DNA of 62,766 nt, the filler included, from Nemertoderma westbladi (Eukaryota > Animalia > Xenacoelomorpha), in assembly GCA_032718475.1 (NCBI GenBank). It is 3 parts of 3 records of this genome, joined end to end, with 100 filler letters (N's around TTAATTAATTAA, not from the genome) between each part and the next. Parts side by side here need not be neighbours in the genome. Positions count along the whole stretch, not along the records: positions 1 to 31,803 come from JAUCBJ010004260.1; 2 more parts are not named here. One strand, written 5' to 3'. Position 1 is the stretch's first letter. Each line of letters starts with the position of its first letter. Shown piece by piece: positions 11,633 through 23,030 of this stretch. A model generated the notes under the pieces. That model was not told where the DNA came from. It worked only from the letters and a program-made list of their open reading frames with translations, and did no database searches. Made by a program: the position numbers and the translations under genes.

Positions 11633-13951
11633 CTATACCCGATGATTCACCTGACCCGGACCATCCATTCTCTGGCTTCTATAAACCCACTCCCGCACGC
11701 AGACACCAGTGGGCCAAGTGGAAGGGACTAGGGCCTTCGCTAGATCTCGAGAGTTTAGGGAGACTCGATAGCTCGCCATCCTCGCTTCTTCGTGGGATTT
11801 GCGCACGACGTTGCCGGCCGTAACCTCAATGTTGAAGGTTTTCAGATTCTCCACAATATCCTCCACGGTAGTGTTCTTCTCAAGTTGAAATACGAATATA
11901 TCGCATGGGGCCGCTTTCAGCTTACTAGTTGTAGTGCCGGCACCAGTGCCGGTACCGGTACCACCTGTTCCAACAACATACTTCCGAGGTGGGCGTTGTT
12001 CCCAACCCCTGTTGGGATTCTTTCCCATAGACTGTGTTTGACCAGCCCAGTGAAAAATGCGCATGCGTATCGCAAGTGATTTTAAAGCGTCATGCGTTTT
12101 TATTGCGGCTCAATAAATAGCGATAAACCTCTTGTGATTCGCATGTGAATTCACATGTAAAATAAGGAAGCGATTCCACGCATGCGATTCACAACTTATT
12201 TTACGCATGTGATTGCGTGCATGAAAATCGCATGCGAATCACACCCCATTTAACGTTTATTTTACGCATGTTTTACATCATGAGAATATCATGCGTTAAT
12301 TCCCATGTGAATCGCACGTTTTTAATTACACTCAAGATTATTAATTAAAATAAAGTTGCCTATCTAGAAATAAATAGTTTTAAAATATAAAATTGATGAA
12401 TATGAATTATCTAACATGGCTGTCGAATTCGGTGATTATATTAATATATTTTATAGAATAGAAAATTATAGGGAATAGTTAAAAGTGTATCATGGTTATT
12501 CTAATCTATTTGTATTATCCTCTATATAAGCAACCATTTCTAGTATTGATTCATACAGGATACAGCATGTCTAATGTTCTAAGTCTAGAGAGTGTAATGT
12601 AATGTAATGTAAGGTAAGTACAGTAGGTAAATGATATGGAAGTCCATAGTATCAAACAGTAGTGGAATAATCAACTACTGTGTTATATTTTCTGTCACAA
12701 AGGTCTCAATATATTACACAAAACTCACAACCAGTAGATTTTTGCGATATTTATGCGCCATGACGCTTGAAAGTCGCAAGTGAATCGTATGTGAGTTTTA
12801 TGCGACTTAACGCAAGTTGTTGTGATTTTTATGCGACTTAACGCTAGTTGTTGCGATATTTATGTGACATAACTCAAGTAAATCGCTTGCGTAAAGGTCG
12901 GGCCATAACTCTTGGGAATCACATGAGATACGCCGGCGTTGCACGCTTGCGATACGCTTGCGCACTTTTCACTGGGAGGCTCCCATCGACGATAACTGAC
13001 ACCTTGTAACCCATCATTATTATTAATCTGCGCAATCTCGATCTCGGTAGTATCCTCGTTGGTTCGTGGTCTTTTCGCACTGCCAGTACGCGTGGGCGTT
13101 TCAGTAAACCTGCGGTTCCCCCGTCGTTGATACCCCATTCGATCCGGGGTTCCAGCAGGTGATATGCCTATGTGATTTACACTAACTGTGGATGATCGTG
13201 TGGGATTGGGTGGCTCCCCCTGCCCCAAACTCGGCCAATGACCTGTCCTACCGGTGGCGTATTCACGCAATGGCGCCACACCGAACGAGTCTGACCCTCT
13301 TGGGATAGGCCCATCGGCCGCTTGTTTATTCTGCAACGCTCTATTAATTTCGAGCATCAACTTAGATTCGAGAGATTTCGTATGTTCCATAAACTGGGCT
13401 TGAAGCGACGTTAATTTATCTGTAATTAGCGAGAATTGAGAGGAGCTTTCGGCTTCCATAACTTCATCTTTTGAAACTAGCACCGGTATAGATAACGCAT
13501 CTAACGCTGTGACTACGATTGTGGGCAATTTACCTGCTGCATCATATTCAGAAAGTTTCTCATATATGTCTTGTAGATTCGCGAATACGGCTGGTCTCTC
13601 TTTTGTGTCCCGTCTACTATGCACCTCCACCCCAATATTGTTGAAAAGCAGAGACTTTGCTTCCAATATCTCTTCTGGTGTATAACGTTTTAAACATACT
13701 TCGGTTGTTACCTCGAAGGTACACGTAGACAGCCCCTGAAGTAACACGCACAACACTGGGTTGACAATGATCGTGCCGTTTCCAGTTCTCCCGCCTGAGC
13801 CGGGTTGGGCAGTAGTTGACCTACCGGTAGCCTCGCCTTCAGCACCCCTGCCACTAGTTGGTCTCTCATCCTCCCGTTCCCGCAGTACATCATACGGGTT
13901 AGCTGTCGTTATCCCGTTTCCCGATAGACTTCTCCGGGACATTGACGTCAT
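11633..13951 (-). pseudogene. LINE ORF1, split by a MITE
   Basis: Removing 12046-12976 and one TSD joins the two ORFs in frame (...YRRWEP|GQTQSMGKNP...). The C-terminal block DIFVFQL...WPTGVCVREW is typical of invertebrate LINE ORF1 proteins. Confidence 0.85.
12046..12976. mobile_element. CMC/EnSpm-type MITE, 931 bp
   Basis: TIR CCCAGTGAAAA / TTTTCACTGGG. 2-bp TSD AG at 12044-12045 and 12977-12978. Subterminal CGCATG/GCGATT motifs. Confidence 0.8.
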
Positions 13952-15031
13952 TCGTCGCCAATACAGCAATATTCCAAATTAACACTTAATTCACAGTCTG
14001 GTAGTTTGACAGTTTCGATAGGTAAGTAGGGCAGTAGGCCTATAGCAGTACTGGACTTAGACCATTAGCTGTGACTTTCAAAGGAGGCGAATCCATCTGC
14101 AGTTCTCCAGACTGCCGCTAGAGGGCCAAAGGTCTGAAAGTGAAATCGTTGTCGTCGTTACGATTTTGACATGCTAATAACTTTGTCGGATTTAAAGCTG
14201 CCAAGTTGAAAATTTGTAGGTATCAATATGAGCAAAAGTTGAGATTTTTGAGAGACTTTCAGACACCATCAGTGCAATGGTCTCCCGCTAGAGGGCCACA
14301 TGTCTAAACATTAAATGCCCTCCCATTTCTTTGCTTTTAATCCGTTTAAGCTGAAACTTGGCAGATATGTATTAGACCATTAGCTGTGACTTTCAAAGGA
14401 GGCGAATCCATCTGCAGTTCTCCAGTCTGCCGCTAGAGGGCCAAATGTCTGAAAGTGAAATCGTTGTCGTCGTTATGATATTGACATGCTTATAACTTTG
14501 TCGAATTTAAAGCTGCCAAGTTGAAAATTTGTTTTGTTGAAAATCAGTTCAACAGTCACCCGCTATAGGACTACTTTATGCCTGAAAGTGAATAGATTCT
14601 CCCGTCTCATTGATTTTAATCAGTTTAAGCTGAATCTTGCCATATATTCTGGACCACATGCTGCGTCTTTGTGGGGGGGGGGGGGGAGATTTAATCGGTC
14701 TGCCGCTATACGACGAAATTTCTGAAAGTGAGATCCGTCTCTCATTTCGTTATCCGTTATTCAAGATGAAACTTGGCCGATGTACGTATGTACTATTCAT
14801 CCATAGGCTGTGTCTTTGTGGGGCTGGAGACCCTAATCCATCTTCAGTTCTCACTATACTCAGAAATGTCTGAATAGAAATGAAAGAGGTAAAAAGTGAT
14901 TAGGCGAAATCTGCTTAAAATTTGCTAATACAGTAATACTTTCGAATTAGTACTTAAATTAAATTTAAGTCACGTGCTGCGCGAAGGCCCCACTTCGTGT
15001 ACTTATGATACATTTGTATGCATCTCTAGAA

Positions 15032-15478
15032 AGTAATATGTTAGATTATTACATATTCATCACCAAAACATCACATTTAACTTAAAATAAAACACACCGA
15101 GAAACATTTACTAATGAGATATTTGTCTAGAGACTTGAATGATGAGACTTTTAATTGCTTGATATCTTAGCTGCCAAATATAACAAGCTGTTCTTCTTTT
15201 CTATTAGACTTTCTGGTGTGTCAAATTCCACTACAGTATATGTCCTTTACTATGTCCTTCACAGTAATATGTTAGATTATTACATATTCATCACCAAAAC
15301 ATCACATTTAACTTAAAATAAAACACACTGAGAAACATTTACTAATGAGATGTTTATCTAGAGACTTGAATGATGAGACTTTTAATTGCTTGATATCTTA
15401 GCTGCCAAATATAACAAGCTGTTCTTCTTTTCTATTAGACTTTCTGGTGTGTCAAATTCCACTATATGTCCTTCACTC
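15032..15478. repeat. 231-bp tandem duplication of the ABCC 3' end and 3' UTR
   Basis: AGTAATATGTTAGATTATTAC starts at both 15032 and 15263. The paralogous flank at about 29900 has a single unit. Confidence 0.9.
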
Positions 15479-18400
15479 ATCACTATTATTCTATCGCAGT
15501 TTATAATGGTATCTATCCGATGTGCTATTGTCATAACTGTTGCGTTAGGGAAATTCCTAGAGATGGCAGACTGTATAAGTTCATCGGTAAACTGATCAAT
15601 AGAAGATGTTGCCTCGTCAATTAGAACAACCCTATATTTTCTTAGCATAGCTCTCGCTAAACACAGAAGTTGTCTCTCTCCAACACTTAGGTTACTACCA
15701 CGGCTTTCAACATAAAAAGTTAAGATATCTATTTCCCCTTCTTTTGGAATAATTGAACCATATTTATATTTGGACTCAAGTCTCATTTCCAAAAAAGATT
15801 TCAATTGAACCCTTTCTAGAGCTTCAATGATCTCAATACTTTCAAACTCATTAAAAGGATCTAAGTTATATTGCAGAGTACCTTCAAACAAAACAGGATC
15901 TTGTGGAATAACTGCAATTGACTTCCGTAAATCATGCAAACCAATTTCAGTTATATCAACATTATCTATAGTGATTAGTCCTTGAGGTTCAACAAGACGA
16001 AGTAACACTGTAAATAATGATGATTTTCCGGCTCCGGTGCGCCCAATAATTCCGATCTTCTCAGAAGATCTTGTTTTAAAGTTTATTCCATGCAACACCT
16101 CATCATCTCCATAATTAAGCTTCACATTTTTGAAGGTGATAATTCCAGAATTTGGCCATTTAGTTGGAATTTGCGTGCCAGAAATGTGGAATTGAGCCTC
16201 TTGGTCTAATTTATAGTAATCAAGTACTCGTTCAACAGATGTTAAATTAATTTCCAGTTGCGCTGACATTACTATGAAATATGCGATAAAATTGGTCGTT
16301 CCAAACACATATATTACTGCTACAAACAATATCTCCTTAGATACAAAACTATCCATATACAAAGAAATTAGTAAAACAAATATGCTAAAAATGGCATAAG
16401 GAATTGATATACTGATGCTAAGCAACGTAGTAAGATTATGAACCATAAACATTGATTCGGTATGATGATCTAAGTGGGAAAAAAAGCGTTTCACGTAAAT
16501 TGGTTGGACTTCAAATGCTTTTATAATATCACGGCCCTCCATAGTATCAGAAGCATGTTGAAATATTGGATTTCTCACTGATGCTTCAATAAACTTAACC
16601 TGTTTAAGACTTTTCATAATATACAAACGTATCAAGAAAACCATGATCATTGTAGGGATAGCCAGCAATAAGGTCCATGGATTAGCTATTCCCGAAAGTA
16701 AAACTGCAAGAATGCAACGACTGAATGTATTTACGATGTCAACAATTAAATCTGGTAATATGTTGTCCATTATTCCAATATCTTTAGAGAATCGGTTGAG
16801 GATTCCACCTGCGGGATTCTGTTCAAAGAATTTCATTGGGGCATGAGAAACTCTTTTGAATATTTCTCCATGTAATTTATCAGATGCACCTAGTATAGCA
16901 TGATATATTGCAAACATACCTAATGTACTGCACAGTAAGTATGAGAAAACCAGATATGCATAACCAAGTACAATATCTCTCCACTGGCTCTCTATTATTA
17001 GTTGGTTTATAATATTATTATTGAGTTCAACATAATTTTGTTTTTGTGAATTATTAAATGATTCTTGAGTAGCCCAACTTACCAACCAATAATCTGACAA
17101 TGACAGATATATGTATGTTAAAATCCCTGTTGATATTAATACCAGAAAACGTGGTGCATTTAATCCAAATTTAATAAAAATGAGAATAATTGAAAACGTT
17201 GACTTGACTGATCTATCTTTATTATCGAAATTATTGTCAATATTGGGGTTGTGATTATCATCTTCGATAATTTTACTTTCATATATTTTAGAATAAACAA
17301 TTTCTGTACCATTCGATGTCTCTGGCAAATCGCTTCTAATTAGGGTTTCAGTAACATCTTTGCCATAAAGAGAAACTGTTTTTGAATTTGGAGGTATAAT
17401 TTGAAGGAGGTGGGTGACCATGACGACAATTCCGTTGGACTGACAGTGCTTTAAACAGTTATCAACCAAGTCTTTGGCCACTCGTCTGTCTACAGCTGAA
17501 AGAGGATCATCCATAAGGTATATATTTGCCCTGGAATAAACTGCTCTTGCTAAGGCTATACGAGCTTTTTGACCACCAGATAATGATATCCCCTTTTCAC
17601 CAACTAAAGTCATATCACCATCTTTAAACAGTAATAAGTCTGCTGATAAGCAACTTAGTTTAATAACTTCATCATACCAATCTCCTTCAAATATTTGCCC
17701 CAGCAAGATATTTTCCCTTATTGTTCCAGAAAATATGAATGGTGTTTGAGATACATAGGCCAGCTTTCCATTTTTCTCAATTAATCCACATTCAGGAGGC
17801 AATTCACCTAGTATTGCCTGCAATATGCTGGACTTTCCAGAACCTACTGGACCTATAATGTAAACTATTTCACCAAAAACTGCTTTGAAAGATACATTAT
17901 GAATGATAGATCCACTGTTGAAAGACCATCTTCCTGTAATGTTTTCTACCTTTACAAAAATATCTTTTGGATTTGGCATATTTCTTATTATTCCATTCCT
18001 TTGTAAGTCCTCTACATTAAACAATTGGTAATTTAAACCTATAAACGAATCAATTCGTTGAAAAACACAATGAAGTTCCCCCAATTCACGTAAAGCAGCA
18101 CCAAACACTAGTACGCTTGTGATTACATTGTTTAATATGATGTTGGAGCTCATTACTGTGATTATATTTAATGGATACCCAAGCCCAGTATACAGAACGT
18201 AGACACAAAAGGTTACAACATTAATGTAGGCAAAAAAAATGGTTGAGTAAAATGAGTGGCAATACATGATCTTACATATCTCTGATAATTCTTTACTTCG
18301 GGCATTCTTTACAGCAGCCTCATATAATTCTTCCCACCCAAACACTTTGATTGCTTTCATGCCAACTAATATTTCATTTATCAATGTTATTCTCCGATCA

Positions 18401-18996
18401 GTGAATGATGCAGCTTTCCGTCGTACTAATGAAAATAATTTTGCAAATCCTAGACTCAATGGGAAGACTAACATTACGAGTAACATACCAAAAATACCAG
18501 ACCATTCCAGATTGAAATACATTAAAGGGAACACTAGAAATACCAAAATAGGTGTTGAAATTAGACTATTCGCCAGAAATGAAAATTGTTCCACTCTTCC
18601 AACATCAGAGGACAACAAGTTAGTAACTTGGCCTGTTGTAGTATTATTGATATTCCCTGAATTTAATGTCAATATCTTTCTATATATAAGGGTACTGCAT
18701 CCAACCTTAATTTTGATCCACAATAGGTTAGAATAAAAAGAAGAATTTATGCTAGCAAACACTGATAAAAAAGAAGTTATTCCAATTATTAAGCAATCAA
18801 ATAATGTTTTTTCTATTGAAAAATTGCTATCAATTTCCAAATAGTGTCCAATAAATCGTTGTAGAAATAATACTCTAACCAGCAGGGAAACTTCTTGAAC
18901 AGTTTTTAACATAGAACAAATAAGGTATTCTTTCCAATGTATTATTATCAGTGTTCTCAGAATATTGAATTCTTCTTGTCTTGTTCCTCCGACTTT
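15382..18996 (-). CDS. ABCC4: ABCC4/MRP4-like ABC transporter, large terminal exon (TMD1-NBD1-TMD2-NBD2)
   Basis: NBD1 motifs GPVGSGKSS, LSGGQKARIALARAVY, IYLMDDPLSAVD. NBD2 motifs GRTGAGKSS, LSVGERQLLCLARA, LIDEATS. Also GILNRFSKD and SVERV. The frame stays open upstream of the listed ATG to a tttcAG acceptor at 18998-18997 (phase 0). The symbol is family-level; orthology was not tested. Confidence 0.9.
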   Translation of the reverse strand, partial: KVGGTRQEEFNILRTLIIIHWKEYLICSMLKTVQEVSLLVRVLFLQRFIGHYLEIDSNFSIEKTLFDCLIIGITSFLSVFASINSSFYSNLLWIKIKVGCSTLIYRKILTLNSGNINNTTTGQVTNLLSSDVGRVEQFSFLANSLISTPILVFLVFPLMYFNLEWSGIFGMLLVMLVFPLSLGFAKLFSLVRRKAASFTDRRITLINEILVGMKAIKVFGWEELYEAAVKNARSKELSEICKIMYCHSFYSTIFFAYINVVTFCVYVLYTGLGYPLNIITVMSSNIILNNVITSVLVFGAALRELGELHCVFQRIDSFIGLNYQLFNVEDLQRNGIIRNMPNPKDIFVKVENITGRWSFNSGSIIHNVSFKAVFGEIVYIIGPVGSGKSSILQAILGELPPECGLIEKNGKLAYVSQTPFIFSGTIRENILLGQIFEGDWYDEVIKLSCLSADLLLFKDGDMTLVGEKGISLSGGQKARIALARAVYSRANIYLMDDPLSAVDRRVAKDLVDNCLKHCQSNGIVVMVTHLLQIIPPNSKTVSLYGKDVTETLIRSDLPETSNGTEIVYSKIYESKIIEDDNHNPNIDNNFDNKDRSVKSTFSIILIFIKFGLNAPRFLVLISTGILTYIYLSLSDYWLVSWATQESFNNSQKQNYVELNNNIINQLIIESQWRDIVLGYAYLVFSYLLCSTLGMFAIYHAILGASDKLHGEIFKRVSHAPMKFFEQNPAGGILNRFSKDIGIMDNILPDLIVDIVNTFSRCILAVLLSGIANPWTLLLAIPTMIMVFLIRLYIMKSLKQVKFIEASVRNPIFQHASDTMEGRDIIKAFEVQPIYVKRFFSHLDHHTESMFMVHNLTTLLSISISIPYAIFSIFVLLISLYMDSFVSKEILFVAVIYVFGTTNFIAYFIVMSAQLEINLTSVERVLDYYKLDQEAQFHISGTQIPTKWPNSGIITFKNVKLNYGDDEVLHGINFKTRSSEKIGIIGRTGAGKSSLFTVLLRLVEPQGLITIDNVDITEIGLHDLRKSIAVIPQDPVLFEGTLQYNLDPFNEFESIEIIEALERVQLKSFLEMRLESKYKYGSIIPKEGEIDILTFYVESRGSNLSVGERQLLCLARAMLRKYRVVLIDEATSSIDQFTDELIQSAISRNFPNATVMTIAHRIDTIINCDRIIVMSEGHIVEFDTPESLIEKKNSLLYLAAKISSN

Positions 18997-19049
18997 CTGA
19001 AATATATAAAAAATAAGAATGAGACCCCTTACATCACCTATATAATCGA

Positions 19050-19790
19050 CATGCTATATTGTAGTGAATGCAATACTGGCTTATTGACAAAATTGAGCAA
19101 CTACAACACCCTATCCCCCATGACTTTAGAGAGATGATCAGTATCTTCAAGGTTAGTGTCCTTTAAGAGGTCATGGGATGTTCACCACATTCATTCTATC
19201 TATGTGTCTCCTAAAGCACCAGATAGTGCAAAGGTTGGTCCTCATGGCATAAACAATGTGTAGAAAAACGGAGAGGTGACTCCATTCAAGTGTAAGCTTG
19301 GGCTAAAGAAACACCTACAATGCATTATTGGTCTGGTTGGAGATATGTTTATTAAACTTGACATAATGGACATGGTGTAACATTCTTGTATATGAGCCAT
19401 CCTGAGATTTGTTGTCCTCAGCAGTTAGAGCCCATAATTTACTTCCATATAGGAGACCAGTTCTACTGCTGCTCTAAATAATCAACCTTGAGATTACATT
19501 TTATTCTGTGACTTCCAACCCATGCCGTGGATACACCATTCAATTTTGCCCATGCCTTTACCTTTATATATGCAGAGGTTGTCACCTGACTTTTATGCAT
19601 ACTTTTATGCTTACTTTACCAATTAGCAGAATCCACATACGCAAGCGAACTTGATCCTGGCGTTGGAAGTTATGTTCATAATTCAGACATTTCTTGAGCA
19701 CTGTATAAGTAAACTCTCAACATGTTGGTCTTCATGAAGTTAACAAACAACCAACACTAGAAGCAACCAGCTCCAATGAGCTGAAGAGTC
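19050..19790 (-). mobile_element. Heavily degraded RTE copy inside the ABCC intron
   Basis: The reverse complement has colinear patches matching about 61850-62600, for example CTTAAAGGACACT, CATGGGGGATAGG and GGTAAAGGCATGGGCA. Confidence 0.7.
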
Positions 19791-20193
19791 AATGAAATTA
19801 CAAACCTTGGTATGTATGCAGTCGGTCAAATGTCTAGAAATGAATCTGAAGTTTTGTAAAAAAAAATGAGACTGTCTATCAGTCAGTACATGTTAGTTTC
19901 AAACTTTTGATAAAAACCGAATAGTCAGTACATGTTAGTTTCAAACTTTTGATATAAACCGATATAAGTCAGTCAATCATTGATGAAATTAAACCGAACT
20001 TTGTAATGTATGCAGTACGACAAAAGGTTGGAAATAATCTGAAGCTTGGTCAAAAATGAGACGGTCTGTCAGTCGGTACCGGTAGTTTCAGACTTTTAAA
20101 AAAATCTAAAATAAGGCATCCAATCACAGATGAACTTAAACCAAACTTGTTATGTGTGCGGCTTCGTGCTGCGTGAAGGCCCCATGAACGTGT
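19790..20193 (+). mobile_element. Helentron-like element, right portion
   Basis: Repeated AAACTTGGTATGTATG-type units, ending in CGTGCTGCGTGAAGGCCCCATGAACGTGT as at about 14972 and 52669. Confidence 0.6.
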
Positions 20194-20835
20194 CACCAAT
20201 AATGTGTGTATTTCTGAGTACAGATTGTGACACATGATAGAAAGCATTAAATTATTTATCAACCTTGCAAAATCATGCCATTGTTTTAGAGCTTCTCAAA
20301 GGGGGACTTCCAACAGCTGATGTGATCAGCTGGAGATCTGCCTTAACCTTGGTGTTTTGTTTCCATTCACTCTCAGGCAGCAGATTTCTAGATTGCCTGC
20401 AACCATCATCGGCAGTGATGTTGATGGCATCAACCTGCTGATAGCTCCAGTATATGATATCTAAAATTAATATCCTTTTCCTGCAATAATTAGTTACTAA
20501 CAACTCTGCAAAAACTATCTTACATACACTTACTGTAGCTTATAATGGTTATCAAAATTGGAAAATACTCAAGCAAGACGTGTTCTAGAATTTTATTGTT
20601 AGTGATTATTTTGCAGCATTCAACGCGATAGGCTACAACAGTTACGAGGATATCACTATAACGCAGAGAAGTTACATAATGTACAAATATATACTATTTA
20701 ATTTTAAAGCATAAATTTCGACCAACATGATGTTGGATGTAGCGTCCCACTCCCAGAAACGACTTTTACAAGCTCGCCTCAGAGTCATTACTTTGATGGA
20801 GCGACTGCATGTAAATAGAGCACAATAACACCCAC

Positions 20836-21018
20836 CTTGCTGTTTAGAGTTTTTAGTAAAATGTAGCTCTGGTAATCAGCTGTTAGACTTTCAGGAATTG
20901 GTCTAATGAAGTCATCACTAGAGATTCTCCTGTGCGACTGGATCCTTAGAAAAGGCAAAATGTATGAATAGAACAAAGGGAAGAAAGGGTTAATTTTCAA
21001 ATGTGCAATCATAATCAT
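20836..21018 (-). CDS. ABCC4: ABCC4-like upstream exon (N-terminal L0/lasso region)
   Basis: INPFFPLFYSYILPFLRIQSHRRISSDDF resembles the MRP4 lasso. A phase-0 donor AAG|GTGGGT at 20836/20835 joins the acceptor at 18996 in frame (…LNSK|KVGGTRQEEFNILR…). The start may be ATG 21018, or the exon may extend to an acceptor at 21065. Confidence 0.75.
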
Positions 21019-21249
21019 CAATTTTGGAACAGTAGGTTCAGTATGAAATAGCCAACAACTTATCCCTATGTAAAAAGTCAGTCTGACTGCTTATGGTATG
21101 ATTCTGTATGGTAAAGTATGGTGTGGTATGATGTTGTACACGGTATGATAGGGCCTAGGCCTATGGTACAATGTAAGTTTAGGACAGCTAAGGGAGGATT
21201 ATGGATAAGCTGAAAAAGGTTTTCTTGGCATTCTCGGGTGCTCCAATTC

Positions 21250-21900
21250 CTCTTTATCTTTCACCTCAAATATGCATTCTGTGTACAGCAATAATTCAAT
21301 CAAAATTCGGGAAATCTGAGTTTTTTCCATTCAATTTAATGCTTCCAGCTGCCACATTTCCAAACTCACCGTCGTCTTGGTGGGTGCAAGACAAAACTCA
21401 TTTTCGTCTCCATGAAGTCTCAAAGGTCATGACTGCTCTGCCATGAAGAACCCAAGTGTTAATTTAGAATACATTCACTATTAGGATTTCCATCAGTGTG
21501 ACTACAAACCACCCGGGAAGAAATTAATTACTGGGACAGGTACAATACTCACAGTTTGTGAATGCTGTGACTGGTACAGCCAATGACAGTGTCCGCCCTG
21601 TCACTACTGCAGCTTCTATGTAGACCAATGAAGCATGTGATTGTGTAACTCCTGAACTATTCAAGATCCATGAATTCTTGCAATTACTTTATCCAATGAT
21701 CAAACATTTAAAAATGCACCACAAGGTCAATTTAGCTATTTTGTTGTCCCATAGAAACGAAAACTTTTTGTTTCATATAACAGAAACAGTCTGATCTCGT
21801 TTACAGCTGAGCTATTCGATAAAATATCATGAACAGGATAAGGGATCCCATGGAAAATCTCCTGCACCACAACCAAAATGGGTTCCAAAAAGTTAGAAGT
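21250..21900 (-). mobile_element. Very degraded LINE endonuclease-region remnant (RTE-like)
   Basis: Only scattered motif remnants on the minus strand (GAGDF, IEWKKLR). Confidence 0.3.
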
Positions 21901-22346
21901 AACCAGGAATCCATTCTCGCATCATGTAGAATTCTTGGAGGCTTTCGACTCCGACTTCCGGCCAACCATGTTAAAGAGCTGTAACTTCAGGTTATTATTT
22001 ACCTACAGTACACTATTTTACATGCAGTATGTATAGTGTGCGGAACAGTATAATATGGTACAGTATATATATAGTATGGATGGTACATTAACAGAATGCT
22101 TCACTAATAAGCAAATCTTACAGTTATTTGCAGTAGCTCCTAATCCTGTAAAAATAATTAACCCCTAATTTCCAACCTTTACACATCATATTCAAACACG
22201 AGACACCTATACCCATGCATTAAACAACACTAAACTGTTTCCGAGTTACTGTAGGCCCTATAGTAGGTCTAGATTTAAATTAAAAAACCTCCAGGCACAC
22301 ACAATCAGTCATCAGCTCACCAGACTTTTCTAACTTGTGGTAGCAG

Positions 22347-22656
22347 GTATGTAGGCCTCCTGTATGATAATTATACAGTTTGTTGTGGTTCTGTATTCGT
22401 ATCAGTTGGTACAGTATGTACTATGTATGTAGGCCTCCTGTATGATAATTATACAGTTTGATGTGGTTCTGTATACGTATCAGTTGGTACAGTATGTACT
22501 ATGTATGTAGGCCTACTGTATGATAATTATACAGTTTGATGTGGATCTGTATACGTATCAGTATGTACGATGTATGTAGGCCTCCTGTATGATAATTATA
22601 CAGTTTGATGTGGATCTCTAGTCGTATCAGTAGCAGACAGTATGTACCATGTATGT
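22347..22656. repeat. Tandem repeat, about 78-bp unit, 4 copies
   Basis: GTATGTAGGCCT(C/A)CTGTATGATAATTATACAGTTTG starts at 22347, 22425, 22503 and 22572. Confidence 0.9.
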
Positions 22657-23030
22657 ACTGTAGGGTTGTAGGCCTGTGTACAACCTGTGATTTTATGGTT
22701 GACTAAACTGTAACCAATTAAATCTAAATCGGTAGTTTTGGTCATAAAAACTGCAAACCGGAGACTATAATGAATGCTGATATCTGTTTCACCATATGCG
22801 AGTTCGAATGGATGTTATTAAGATGCAAATCAGCAGTGATTTATAATTTTGCTTATCATGGTGCATGCTGCCTAATGTAGGCCTACAAACATGACAAGTA
22901 AATTATGAACTGAAATTAAATATATAATGGGAAATTTTCTTGATGCACCTGTTTGAAAATATTGAAATATAAACATATGAATATCTGAAAAGATTGAATA
23001 AAATATAAAATATTGACATTATTATTATTA

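Larger units (their letters stand above)
7551..14056 (-). mobile_element. Near full-length non-LTR retrotransposon, RTE-X-like, two ORFs, (TAA)n tail
   Basis: ORF1 plus APE-RT ORF2. (TAT)n tail at about 7549-7578. Inserted into GATATGTA-TTA-GACCATT; the empty site is seen at 14364-14381. Confidence 0.85.
7229..15000 (+). mobile_element. Helentron-like non-autonomous element (HINE/DINE-type) with internal ~315-bp tandem units, interrupted by an RTE-X LINE
   Basis: Left end TTATTGTGGGGCGAGCCACGAAGT followed by a (GTC)n microsatellite. Internal repeats start at about 7322, 14146 and 14461. Right end CGTGCTGCGCGAAGGCCCCACTTCGTGT recurs at about 20165 and 52669. No TSD or long TIR. Confidence 0.6.

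Noticed and set aside
15386-18736. Plus-strand ORFs antisense to ABCC (and the duplicate at 30023-31483)
   Set aside because: Shadow ORFs of the real minus-strand CDS.
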